In this document: positions 47,032-57,650 of the stretch, in pieces | Numbering within the stretch: position 1 is the first letter of the stretch | Layout: each line of letters opens with the position of its first letter | Assembly: GCF_001194135.2 (NCBI RefSeq) | Contig: NC_068987.1 | Location: forward strand, 57,127,607-57,185,256 | DNA from: Octopus bimaculoides | Taxonomy: Eukaryota | Direction of reading: 5' to 3' | Length of the DNA: 57,650 nucleotides | Notes under the pieces: generated by a model | What the model was told of the DNA's origin: nothing | The model's input: the letters and a program-made list of their open reading frames with translations, nothing else | Database searches by the model: none | Program-made: the position numbers and the translations under genes

Positions 47032-47414
47032 GTAAGTTGCCATTTAAAAACCTGATATATAAAAAAAAGATCCCACATTTTATGAATCTTCTTGGTGAGC
47101 ATTCGGAGTATATAACTGATTGTGAATATTGGTATGGTTTTTTTTCTGTTAAAGTATGCTTGTATAGTTTTAGCTGTTTCCTTAATTGAGTCAGTTATCT
47201 AATCTGGTGTATGTCAGTTCAACAGTGATTTGTCTATCTTCATTTAAAATTTTTGATTTGATATTCTCAGTGGTTTTTAATTTGATTTGCTGTCTAGATC
47301 TGATCTACTAAACATCCCACTGGAGGTTACATGGTATCTAGTCCCTCACTGACTACATAACTTCATCATTGTATCTCTTCCCACAATATTTTGGCTGAAA
47401 TTAAGTTGTACCAT

Positions 47415-47630
47415 ACAGTACCACCTGACTGGCCTTTGTGCCGGTGACACGTAAAAGCACCCACTACACTCTCGGAGTGGTTGGCATTAGGAAGGGCATC
47501 CAGCTGTAGAAACTCTGTCAAATCAGATTGGAGCCTGGTGTAACCATCTGGTTTCACCAGTCCTCAGTCAAATCGTCCAACCCATGCTAGCATGGAAAGC
47601 GGACGTTAAACGATGATGATGATGATGATG

Positions 47631-47663
<33 letters not shown>

Positions 47664-48552
47664 TATTAACAGCNNNNNNNNNNNNNNNNNNNNNNNNNNN
47701 NNNNNNNNNNNNNNNNNNNNNNNNNNNNNNNNNNNNNNNNNNNNNNNNNNNNNNNNNNNNNNNNNNNNNNNNNNNNNNNNNNNNNNNNNNNNNNNNNNNN
47801 NNNNNNNNNNNNNNNNNNNNNNNNNNNNNNNNNNNNNNNNNNNNNNNNNNNNNNNNNNNNNNNNNNNNNNNNNNNNNNNNNNNNNNNNNNNNNNNNNNNN
47901 NNNNNNNNNNNNNNNNNNNNNNNNNNNNNNNNNNNNNNNNNNNNNNNNNNNNNNNNNNNNNNNNNNNNNNNNNNNNNNNNNNNNNNNNNNNNNNNNNNNN
48001 NNNNNNNNNNNNNNNNNNNNNNNNNNNNNNNNNNNNNNNNNNNNNNNNNNNNNNNNNNNNNNNNNNNNNNNNNNNNNNNNNNNNNNNNNNNNNNNNNNNN
48101 NNNNNNNNNNNNNNNNNNNNNNNNNNNNNNNNNNNNNNNNNNNNNNNNNNNNNNNNNNNNNNNNNNNNNNNNNNNNNNNNNNNNNNNNNNNNNNNNNNNN
48201 NNNNNNNNNNNNNNNNNNNNNNNNNNNNNNNNNNNNNNNNNNNNNNNNNNNNNNNNNNNNNNNNNNNNNNNNNNNNNNNNNNNNNNNNNNNNNNNNNNNN
48301 NNNNNNNNNNNNNNNNNNNNNNNNNNNNNNNNNNCACCATTTCGAGCGTGGCCGTTTTCGTGCGGGTGACACGTAAAAGCACCCACTACACTCTCTGAGT
48401 GGTTGGCGTTAGGAAGGGCATCCAGCTGTAGAAACTCTGCCAAATCAGACTGGAGCCTGGTGTTGCCATCCGGTTTCACCAGTCCTCAGTCAAATCGTCC
48501 AACCCATGCTAGCATGGAAAGCGGACGTTAAACGATGATGATGATGATGATG

Positions 48553-48556
<4 letters not shown>
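47415..48556 (+). mobile_element. Two family B tails either side of a 661-N gap
   Basis: 47415-47631 and 48335-48556, each ending (gat)n(ta)n-aatattatattaacagc. Confidence 0.8.
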
Positions 48557-48585
<29 letters not shown>

Positions 48586-50684
48586 TATTAACAGCTGTAA
48601 ATTGAAAACTGGGTTTTTGAATTCATTTGTACCACATAACTAGCTGTGTTGTCAGTAGTTTCTTCCTGGTCTTTTAATGTAGTTAGGTCATATAAACTAT
48701 ATTCTGTTTATACCCATTTCCTTGAATTTCAGAGAAAGAAATATGTAAAGTTATCATTGGCAGGTTTAAATTTCAAATTTAGAGGGATATTGCAGGCCTG
48801 GTTGTGGTTAAGTATATCTGGTTTGCAATGTATGATTTCTGATTCTGTCCTATTGCATGGTACCATAGGCAATATATGCAGGCTAAATGAGACCTTGTGA
48901 AAGAATTTGGTAGTTGGAAACAGTATAAAATCTGTTGTGCATATCATCATCATGACTGTCATTTAATATCCACTTTTCATTGCTTGCATGAGTCAGATGG
49001 AATTTGTTGAGGCAGATTTTCTTTGGTTGGATGTTCTTCTTGTCACCATCTTTCATCTGTTTCCAAGCAAGGTAACATTTTTTGATAGCTAGCCATGTTT
49101 TTCATGGAAAACTAGAAATGAATAACCTTGTTTGTATGATGATGATGCTCATTTACAACTATCAGATGATGTCTAGATAAGGTTACATGCCCGCATACAT
49201 GTGCGCATCTGGATTCTTTCAGTTTTTGTCTACCAATTCCATCTGCAAGGCTTTGATTGGTTAGGGCCTGTAGTAGAAAACACTTGCCCAAGGTGCAACT
49301 CTGGGTATTGTTAAATGTTGCAGTTATGAATTAAAGATATTTTTAAGCATTGGTACTTTGAATCTAAGAAATTATGAAATGTTTCTGCTATAAATTTAAA
49401 ATGTTATTAAATGTTGCTGTCATGAATTTAAGATATTAGATACTCTGATACCCACGCAGGCATGGAAAGGTGGAAGACTTTAAAACAATGATGATGATGA
49501 TTTTGATTTTATCAGAAATGAAATCTGTGACAGCCTATTTTGATTTCTGTTTTAAATGTTCAAATGACATGAAAAACGAGAGAAGTCTTAAGCTATATTT
49601 AATCAATACGAAAAAGGTCAGGTTATTGATTTCTTCTTTAACTATTAAAGAAGAAAGAATAATAAAAAAATGGAAATGAAAATAAATTGAAAAAAAAAAT
49701 AGTAAAGCAGAATAAAGTAATTTTTATCATGGAAAATATCCTGGTAGCATTTAGACTGGAAGCAATTTTTAAGAAACATGTCTTGAGGGACAAAATTGCA
49801 GAAAAGTGTGTATGAAAAGTAATAAATGGCATTTTAATTTTCATTTGAATGATAGAAGTAGATTATTTAAGATTTTTCATTCTTGATTTTTTCAATCGTA
49901 ATTTTATGGAAATTGTGTATGTGTGTGTGTATACTCAGATATCACAGCCATATCATGTTTTAACTTTTACAAATCTGTTTTGTGAAACCATTTGATAACA
50001 TAAAAAGTAACAGTTATTTACTTTGTTGGAAAAACTTAATCAGTTAAGTAATAGTACACACATGTGGAGGCATGTGGCTTAATGGTTAGGGTGTTGCATT
50101 CATGATCATAAAATTGTGGTTTCGATTCCTGGAATGAGTGATTCATTGTGTCCTTGAGCAAAAACTTAATTTCATGTTGCTCCATTTTACTCTGCTGGCA
50201 AAAATAAGTAATCCTGTGACAGACTGGCATCTTATCCAAGGGTGGGGGGAATATATACACCACAGAATTAAAGAAATTGATTTTATGAGCCTGTCTTGGG
50301 AAGGACTTTTTGGTATATATATATATATATATATNNNNNNNNNNNNNNNNNNNNNNNNNNNNNNNNNNNNNNNNNNNNNNNNNNNNNNNNNNNNNNNNNN
50401 NNNNNNNNNNNNNNNNNNNNNNNNNNNNNNNNNNNGAATTTTAAAAATTTGAGAGAATTGAAGTAAATTTTTTTTCATAGAGGAACTCAAAATAGATAAA
50501 GCTTTCAATAATAGCAAGTAGAATATTTGGTTAAAAAAACCCCCCTTGGATGGAATAAAGTTAAAGGCTGCTTATGGGACCCAACGCACATCTGTGAACA
50601 TGGCAACTGTGTGTCTCATGGGTAGCCATTAACTTTTTCCCATTCAAGTTTTTTTTTAAACCCATTATTCTACATACTATTTTA

Positions 50685-50876
50685 TATGAGGGGTACTGAA
50701 AAGTTCCTGGCTTTGGGTAAAAGAAAATACAGGAGGATTAGTTAATTATGATTTTATTCAACATATTCCTCTCCCAGATTGACACTCTTATTGCAGCAGT
50801 CCTACAATTTTTCTAAGCCCTCTAAAAGAACTCGGAAGGTTGGGCCTCCATTCAGGAACTTGTTAGCACCCCTTGT
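50685..50876. mobile_element. Mariner-type MITE
   Basis: ta-tgaggggtactgaaaagttcctgg ... caggaacttgttagcaccccttg. Confidence 0.75.
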
Positions 50877-50959
50877 GTTTGTGTGTGTGTGTATAAAGTT
50901 CAAGTTCAGTTAAATGAAGGGAAGAAAATGGAGAGTTAAGATAATAATAATCATTTATT

Positions 50960-51600
50960 ATAAAAAAATTGGTAATCTTTACTTTTTACAGCTGTTTCCA
51001 TTAGTGGTCAATATGAAAATTAAATAAATTCTACTCTAATAGAAATATCCAAGATATTAATTCATCTCAACTTAAACCTAATCTCCCAATCTTATACAAT
51101 AATACTAACAACCATGGATTCCTGAACAACGGAAGGGAAATAACTCCTATTTAATTCCTTACTACCAATTCTTCTAATAAATATACACAGAAGGTTGTAA
51201 ATGAATATTGCGACTGCAAAGTTAAAACTAACTGTAAATTTAAAAATTCATGTAAGACAGATAGTGTAGTCTACCAATGTATAGTAGAATCCCAGGAAAA
51301 AAAAAATTATTATATAGGCTCTACCAAAAATAGGATTAAATTCAGAGTGTCTAGCCACCTACAGAGTTTTAAAAGTAAGTTCATATGGGATTTAAAGGAT
51401 AATAACATTGAATTCAAAATTAAATGGGACATTATTTGTTCTGCAAGTTCTTATAGAGCCTCAAGTAAGAAGTGTGAATTGTGAACCGAAGAAACTTTTA
51501 GAATCCTTACTTAAAAAAAAAAATTACTCAGTTCATGAAAAGAAAAATGTATTTCTTGTATTCATGCAGCAATATGTGTTCCCTAAGTTTAAATAAAAAA
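50960..51600 (+). mobile_element. Penelope-like element, GIY-YIG endonuclease relic
   Basis: Across frameshifts: CDCKVKTNC..CKTDSVVYQCIVE..YYIGSTKNRIKFRVSSHLQSF..FIWDLKDNNIEFKIKWDIICSA..CELxTEE. Confidence 0.72.
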
Positions 51601-51874
51601 AAGAATAAATATTTAATTATGTTATAGGATAACATAACTATAAAATATAATATTAATAATAAATTGAAATTTATACGTCCCCTTTTATTTGAATAATCTT
51701 TCTGAACCCTTTGGAGTCATTAACTCTGCTACTGTTATTCTCTTCCTCCCATGTATTTGTGCATACCTAAATAATACTGTAACACTTATATTACACATTA
51801 TTTTTGGTTCCATAGCCATACATTAATCACTATCATTTAACATTTACTTAGAAGTACTTATTATCATTAACCAT

Positions 51875-52360
51875 ATCACCATCATCATCGTCATCATCGC
51901 TTTCCATGCTAGCATGGGTTGGACGATTTGACTGGACTGGTGAACCAGATGGCTGCACCAGGCTCCAATCTGATTTGGCAGAGTTTCTACAGCTGGATGC
52001 CCTTCCTAACGCCAACTACTCCGAGAGTGTAGTGGGTGCTTTTACGTACCACCGTCACGAAGGCCAGTCACGTGGTACTGGCAATGGCCACGATCAAAAT
52101 GGTGTATTTTACGTGCCACCTGCACAGGAGCCAGTCCAGCGGCACTGGCAACGATCTCACTCAAATGTCTTTACACATGCCACCAGCACAAGTACCAGGA
52201 AGGCGACGCTGGGCACAGGTGCTATCACGATTTCGCTTTCGCTTGCCCCAACAGGACATCACAAGCCGAGTTTCATGTGCTGCATAGGAGCCAGTCCCGC
52301 GTCACTGGCAACAATCTCACTCGAATGTCTTTACACGTTGCCACCGGCACAAGTGCCTAT
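51875..52360 (-). mobile_element. SINE-like family B copy with a duplicated module fragment
   Basis: Tail, modules, one upstream hairpin unit, then a repeated caggagccagtcc..ggcaacaatctcactcgaatgtctttacac segment. Confidence 0.8.
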
Positions 52361-52740
52361 ATTTAATAATCATTTGCCTATATAACAAACTGAAATTAAT
52401 ATCTGCCCATTTATTGGATGTTTTTTCAGAACCTTTTGGAGCTATTATTTCTACTCAAGCAATTCTCTTCTTCCCATATATTTATACATAAATACAACAT
52501 CAACTATACAACTTATCGTTGCTTTTATTTCCGTAAATCAATAACTGTATTTTAACATTTTTATAAACAAATTTGAAAACTATAGTTTATATAAATGTGT
52601 GATTATATGCATGATGTTTGTACATATGTACAGGTATGTGTGTATTTGTGCATTTATGTACACAACTATGTATATGCATGCACATATATGTGTGTGTATG
52701 TATTTATGTATATGCATATATGTACGTATGTGTGTATCTC

Positions 52741-52887
<147 letters not shown>

Positions 52888-53429
52888 GTATGTATATGTA
52901 TGCTTATGTGTGAGTGTGTATGTATGTATCAGAATAACCGTTATGACTAGATACATTTCCTTCTAGAGACGCTATTGTGTGTACACACTAGTTTAAAATT
53001 TCTTCAACCAATGGGCATTGATTGACTAATTTTGGATCTGTATATTTTTTTTTTATATATATAAATAACTATGAATGTATATGTATTTATACATTTTATA
53101 TGTATATGTTTATATCTCATAATTAGATATTTTACTTCTCTCATTTACTTTTTTTACATTTATATTATTCATTTAATTTTATTTCCATTTTTCCATTATT
53201 TATTTTTAAATTTATTCTATCTTATTTTTTTACTTTACCCTTTCATCCATTATATTCTAACTGATCTGTTAATCCATCACCCACACATAATAAAAAATAA
53301 TAACTACTTATTTAGTCTGCTTGCATGAACAGAAGGTTCCACATGTAATATATTAATGTTTATCTTTCTCTGATGAAATTATGCACATAATATATAAATG
53401 CAAATTCAAAGCATAAATTTGTAATTTAC

Positions 53430-55030
53430 CTATTGAGCACTAATGGAAATGGCTGTANNNNNNNNNNNNNNNNNNNNNNNNNNNNNNNNNNNNNNNNNNN
53501 NNNNNNNNNNNNNNNNNNNNNNNNNNNNNNNNNNNNNNNNNNNNNNNNNNNNNNNNNGTTGCAATTTATGCACCCACGACAACCGGGCAAAGCGAGTATT
53601 TTCGGAATCTGGAGAAGTTTCTTGGTATATCACATTTTTTTAGTTGTGCTAGGAGACTATAACACAATCTACGGCGCACACATAGATTACGTTGGCTCGT
53701 GTTCTGGTCGGAAAGGTAACCCTTGCTTCCAGGAACTGCTAAGTTGCTTTGAGCTAGCAGATTCATACAGGTTGGAATTTCCAAACGCTCCATTGTGGAC
53801 ATGGTCAAACAGCGACGGATCTTCCAAGTCGTACCTAGATAGAGTGCTAATTAGAAAAGCAGATAAGAATATCGCTAGGTGTCCACAGTTTCACCTAGGT
53901 CAGCTACAGTGATCATAAAATGGTCACCTGTAAGCTTGACATAGATAAGCTATATAATAGAGGCTCCGGCTACTGGAAACTTAATACGTCCCTTTTGGCG
54001 ATTAAGGAATACAGAGACCTGATTATGTTACTGATTCAGAGTGCATTAACCGTATCCCTTATTAATAATAAATGCTGGTATGCCCTCAAGCGAGCCATTA
54101 AATTCCAGTCTATTAGATATAGCATAGGTTTAGTGGCTAGAGAGTCTAGGAGGGAATCAGTATTAGTTAAGGGCTTAGAGGAAGCAATGAGAACTGGCCC
54201 TGCGGCTCAGGTGAAGGCCAAGAGACTGGCGTTAAACCAGCAACTCGAAGCCAAACATATGGGTTGCATTGTCAGGGCTAGACTTCGTGCAGTGGGTTGT
54301 GAGGGAATCAAGGCTGTAGGATGGGACCGAGTGGTGGAAGCCCAACGTGGTAATGATGTCACAATCCGATCTTTGTCGAACCAACAAAGTAAGTTGATAA
54401 ACGAGCCCGAGGAGATGTGTGAGGCCTTTCAGGAACACTTCGCCCAGCTTTTAGGTGGGGGCAAAAGTTATTAGTGAAAAGTCAGTCGGCTTGCAGCTCG
54501 GCACCTGGAGAGGCACGCTATTGTTCAGTATTCGGAGGTGTCGGACGTGTGGGTTTATGCTGAACATCTGATGTCAAGTGCAGAAAGAGTACAGCTATCG
54601 ACTGAGTCAATTGTAAAAATTGACCCACCGGATTTCCTCTCGGAAGAAAGTAAGAATCGTTTTCTCATTGTAGTAGTAATTGCGAGGGAGGTGATTTGGA
54701 CGACGAGGCTGAACGGGTTAAAGTCAGGCATCTTTAATCTCTGGCCCTGAATTGGTGAATTATTTCACCTTTCACCTTTCACCTGAAAAGGAAAATAGGG
54801 CTAGATAGAAAATGCCGGACTGCGAAAATGTTTGACAATCGATGGATGAATGTTGCACGAATGTTGCGTATGGATGGTACCTCGTGAATGCGATGCAAGG
54901 CGAGTCTCAGGCATCAGTGGTGAGGCGAGGCTCGTGGGGTTGGAGTTAAACCTGCCTCCCCACTCCATCCGTAATGTCTTCCGGTTTGTGTTATCATCCG
55001 TTTTTATATTTGTTAATATAAATATCATTC
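53430..55030 (+). mobile_element. Tx1/L1-clade LINE fragment (APE endonuclease; RT deleted)
   Basis: VVLGDYN, WTWSN, SYLDRVLI, DH, GSGYWKLNTSLL, then a jump at about 54480 to the C-terminal AREVIWTTR..RWMN. Confidence 0.8.
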
Positions 55031-55099
55031 GTTAATCTGACCTTCCAATCAGATTGTGCTGTCCTATTCTAAGTTGTCCCCTGGTGGGAAATAAAAAAT

Positions 55100-56262
55100 C
55101 ACTTATTCTTAGTGCAAGTTTTGAAGAATGCAGTTCGATTTTAACAGTTATTTTTTCAAAGCTATAATGGAAGTAACAAAGGAGCATATTCGGCATATTT
55201 TGGTTTATGAGTTCAATTAAGGCAACAACGAAACGGAAAGTGCGAGGAATATTAATGCAGTATATGGGGGTCGGACAATAAGCGTAAGCCGGTGTCAACG
55301 GTGGTTCCAGAAATTCCGAGCCGGAAACTACAGCCTAGAAGACGAGCCTCGTCCTGGAAGACTTGTAGAGCTCGACGAGGGCGTCCTGCAAAGCTTGGTG
55401 GAACAAAATCCCATCGTAACTGTTGAGGAACTAGTAGAGAAGCTTGGATTTGGTCATTCAACCATTCATCAACAACTGCGTACCATAGGAAAAGTCAGCA
55501 AATTGGGTCAATGGGTTCCTTACAAACTTTCCGTGTCTAATCTCGCACAGAGAATGAATGTGTGCTCTTCTTTGGTGTCACATCTCACGAATGAACCTTC
55601 TTTGAACCGAATAGTGACTAGTGACAAGAAATGAGTTCTTTATAAAATGTCAAGCGTCGAAGACAGTGGGTAGAGAAAGTAGAAACATCGGCATCCCAGG
55701 CTAAAGAAGGTCTTCCCCAACGTAAGTTGTTGTTATCTGTTTGGTGGGATATGAATGGTTTAGTCCACTTTGAACTTTTAAACCCAAATCAAACGATAAC
55801 AAAGGAGATCTACTGCGAGCAGCAGCTTGAGCGACTTAAGTCAACACTAGAAGAAAAACGACCACCTTTGGTTTGAAAACGAAAGGTGTTCTTTCATTAG
55901 GATAATGCTCGGGTACATACATCAAACATGACATTCCAAAAGCTGGAGTTTGAACGGGAAACGATGCCTCACCCACCATATTCAACGAACATCTGATTAT
56001 CATTTATTCCGCAGTCTTCAAAAACATTTGGGCAGAAAAAATATGAATTCTGGAGATGAGGTCATAACAGTATTGGAGGAGTATTTTTCGTCACGGACAA
56101 CTGAATTTTGGTAGAGAGGCTTTGCAAGTTTACCAGATAGATGGAAGAGCTTTGTAGAAAATGAAGGCGAGTATATTTTAGATTAAAAAAGAACTTTGTT
56201 TATCTTAATTTTGAGAAATAAAAGTATAAAAAACCGCATTATTTATGGGATGACTCAATATA
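55100..56262 (+). mobile_element. Mariner transposon (cecropia/mellifera-like), degenerate transposase 55167-56186
   Basis: MEVTKEHIRHIL..CQRWFQKFRAGNYSLEDEPRPGR..WVPYKLS..IVTSDKK*..WWDMNG..DNARVH..HPPYS; right TIR aaccgcattatttatgggatgactcaata-ta; left TIR not found. Confidence 0.9.
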
Positions 56263-57028
56263 TAAATAGATACATACACACATACTTACATACATATAAA
56301 TATAAGCATAAACAAATATAAATATATGTATATATGTGTGTGTGTATGTATGTGTGCGTGTGTGTATGTATATTATTTAATGTATACCGTATACAATTAC
56401 GAACTGGACCGGGTGGTGCGATATGTTTTTTGAGCGAAACACTTCATCTCACGTTGTCCTACGATCATTTAGTATACTTGTCTTGTGGTACCCCGAGCAC
56501 TTGTTCAGTCAACGTCTGTGCTATTTGTTCAGCAAATACATAGAAGAACCGTCTTTCTCGAACTACGAGAGACTACCACCAATCCTTAGATACAGTTTTA
56601 TTAAAAGTTATTTCGTATAGAATAAATAGAATAATAGAATTCCTCAAGTGTTCAATTAGTCATTTCATCGTTTTCTTTTTATCCGATTTGGACTTTTCAA
56701 GGAGTAGTTTACCTGCCAGGGATGGTTTAGCAGTGTTTAGTTATTTAATAATAATGTAACCATCTTTAATTTTACAGAATCCACATTCTAACACTGTAGA
56801 AAACTCAATCATTTTCAATCTATAGTGTTTGACTTGTGTACGATTTGATGTTACTCTTATAAACTAAGAAGCTCTGAAAAGCCATCTATACATTCTACTA
56901 CAAAAAAACACATTAATATTATTGATTTCTTATACAACAATTATAATGATTTTTATGCTGTTCTGCAGAATTCTGAGAAAAGCTAGTAGGAATAGCTTAG
57001 AAATAGAAAGTGTTTTTTTTCTACTTCC

Positions 57029-57048
57029 ACACACACGCACACACGCAC

Positions 57049-57104
<56 letters not shown>

Positions 57105-57165
57105 NNNNNNNNNNNNNNNNNNNNNNNNNNNNNNNNNNNNNNNNNNNNNNNNNNNNNNNNNNNNN

Positions 57166-57198
<33 letters not shown>

Positions 57199-57265
57199 AC
57201 ACATACACACACACACACACGCACACGCACACAGGGGCGCGCACACACACACACATGCATGCACA
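57029..57265. repeat. (CA)n microsatellite spanning a gap
   Basis: Direct reading. Confidence 0.95.
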
Positions 57266-57585
57266 CCAGATCACGTGTATGTAATTTTCTAAATGTCCAT
57301 TGTGTTTGATTGATATTGTAAGGTCAGTCCTTTGAGAAATTACATTTATAAATAACTGGTATCTCGAGATATTTTGCAAGAAGCTAATATGATAGAAATA
57401 TGGCGGATAATACTAACATCAATAAAAAAAACAAAAGAACTTTTGTAGAGTAGCAAATTGTTAAATTTGGTGTCAATGTAGACCAGACTTCAGAGGCCAA
57501 CATACGAGCTATTTAACTTTAAAAGGAATTAGAATAGACATACATACATACATCTATGTATAGGTATATATAAAGGTACATACAT

Positions 57586-57627
<42 letters not shown>

Positions 57628-57650
57628 CATACATGCATACATACATATAT

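Noticed and set aside
51906-52385. Recurrent ORFs of the type [35 protein letters not shown].. (also at 4460, 29194, 35501, 41569, 47366, 47661)
   Set aside because: They are antisense frames of family B repeats, start at non-ATG codons in most copies and break at different positions. Similarity reflects recent repeat amplification, not a gene family.
53370-53400. CTGATGA plus a short hairpin as a Penelope hammerhead
   Set aside because: The required GAAA and stems I/III do not follow.

Overview
Eukaryotic, AT-rich, repeat-dense genomic DNA with several N gaps. The SINE families, (TA)n/(CA)n microsatellites and gene style point to an octopus (inference, not database-checked). Two host genes are visible, both on +. 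The first is the terminal coding exon of myo-inositol-1-phosphate synthase (ISYNA1/INO1, 2235-2780). The second is a KIFC1/Ncd-type kinesin-14, assembled by hand from ten GT-AG exons (17915-47031, 452 codons, frame continuous through the P-loop); its 3' exons are not visible in the window. Most of the rest is transposon-derived: two mariners (one interrupted by a solo LTR with a 4-bp TSD), mariner and piggyBac MITEs, a Merlin/ISXO2-type transposase relic abutting the kinesin promoter, and Gypsy pol, RTE, R4/Dong-like, Tx1/L1, Penelope and Helitron fragments, plus four SINE-like families (my labels A-D). The most unusual signals are: (i) a young RTE-tailed element built from a variable number of hairpin + H-type pseudoknot modules showing a compensatory base change; (ii) a tRNA-SINE flanked by a ~170-bp target-site-like duplication; (iii) the Merlin relic within ~100 bp of a CCAAT/CHR cell-cycle promoter; (iv) several perfect palindromes. 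No prokaryotic-type system (CRISPR, operon) is present. Exon, TIR, TSD and palindrome coordinates were counted base by base; boundaries of degenerate TEs are approximate.
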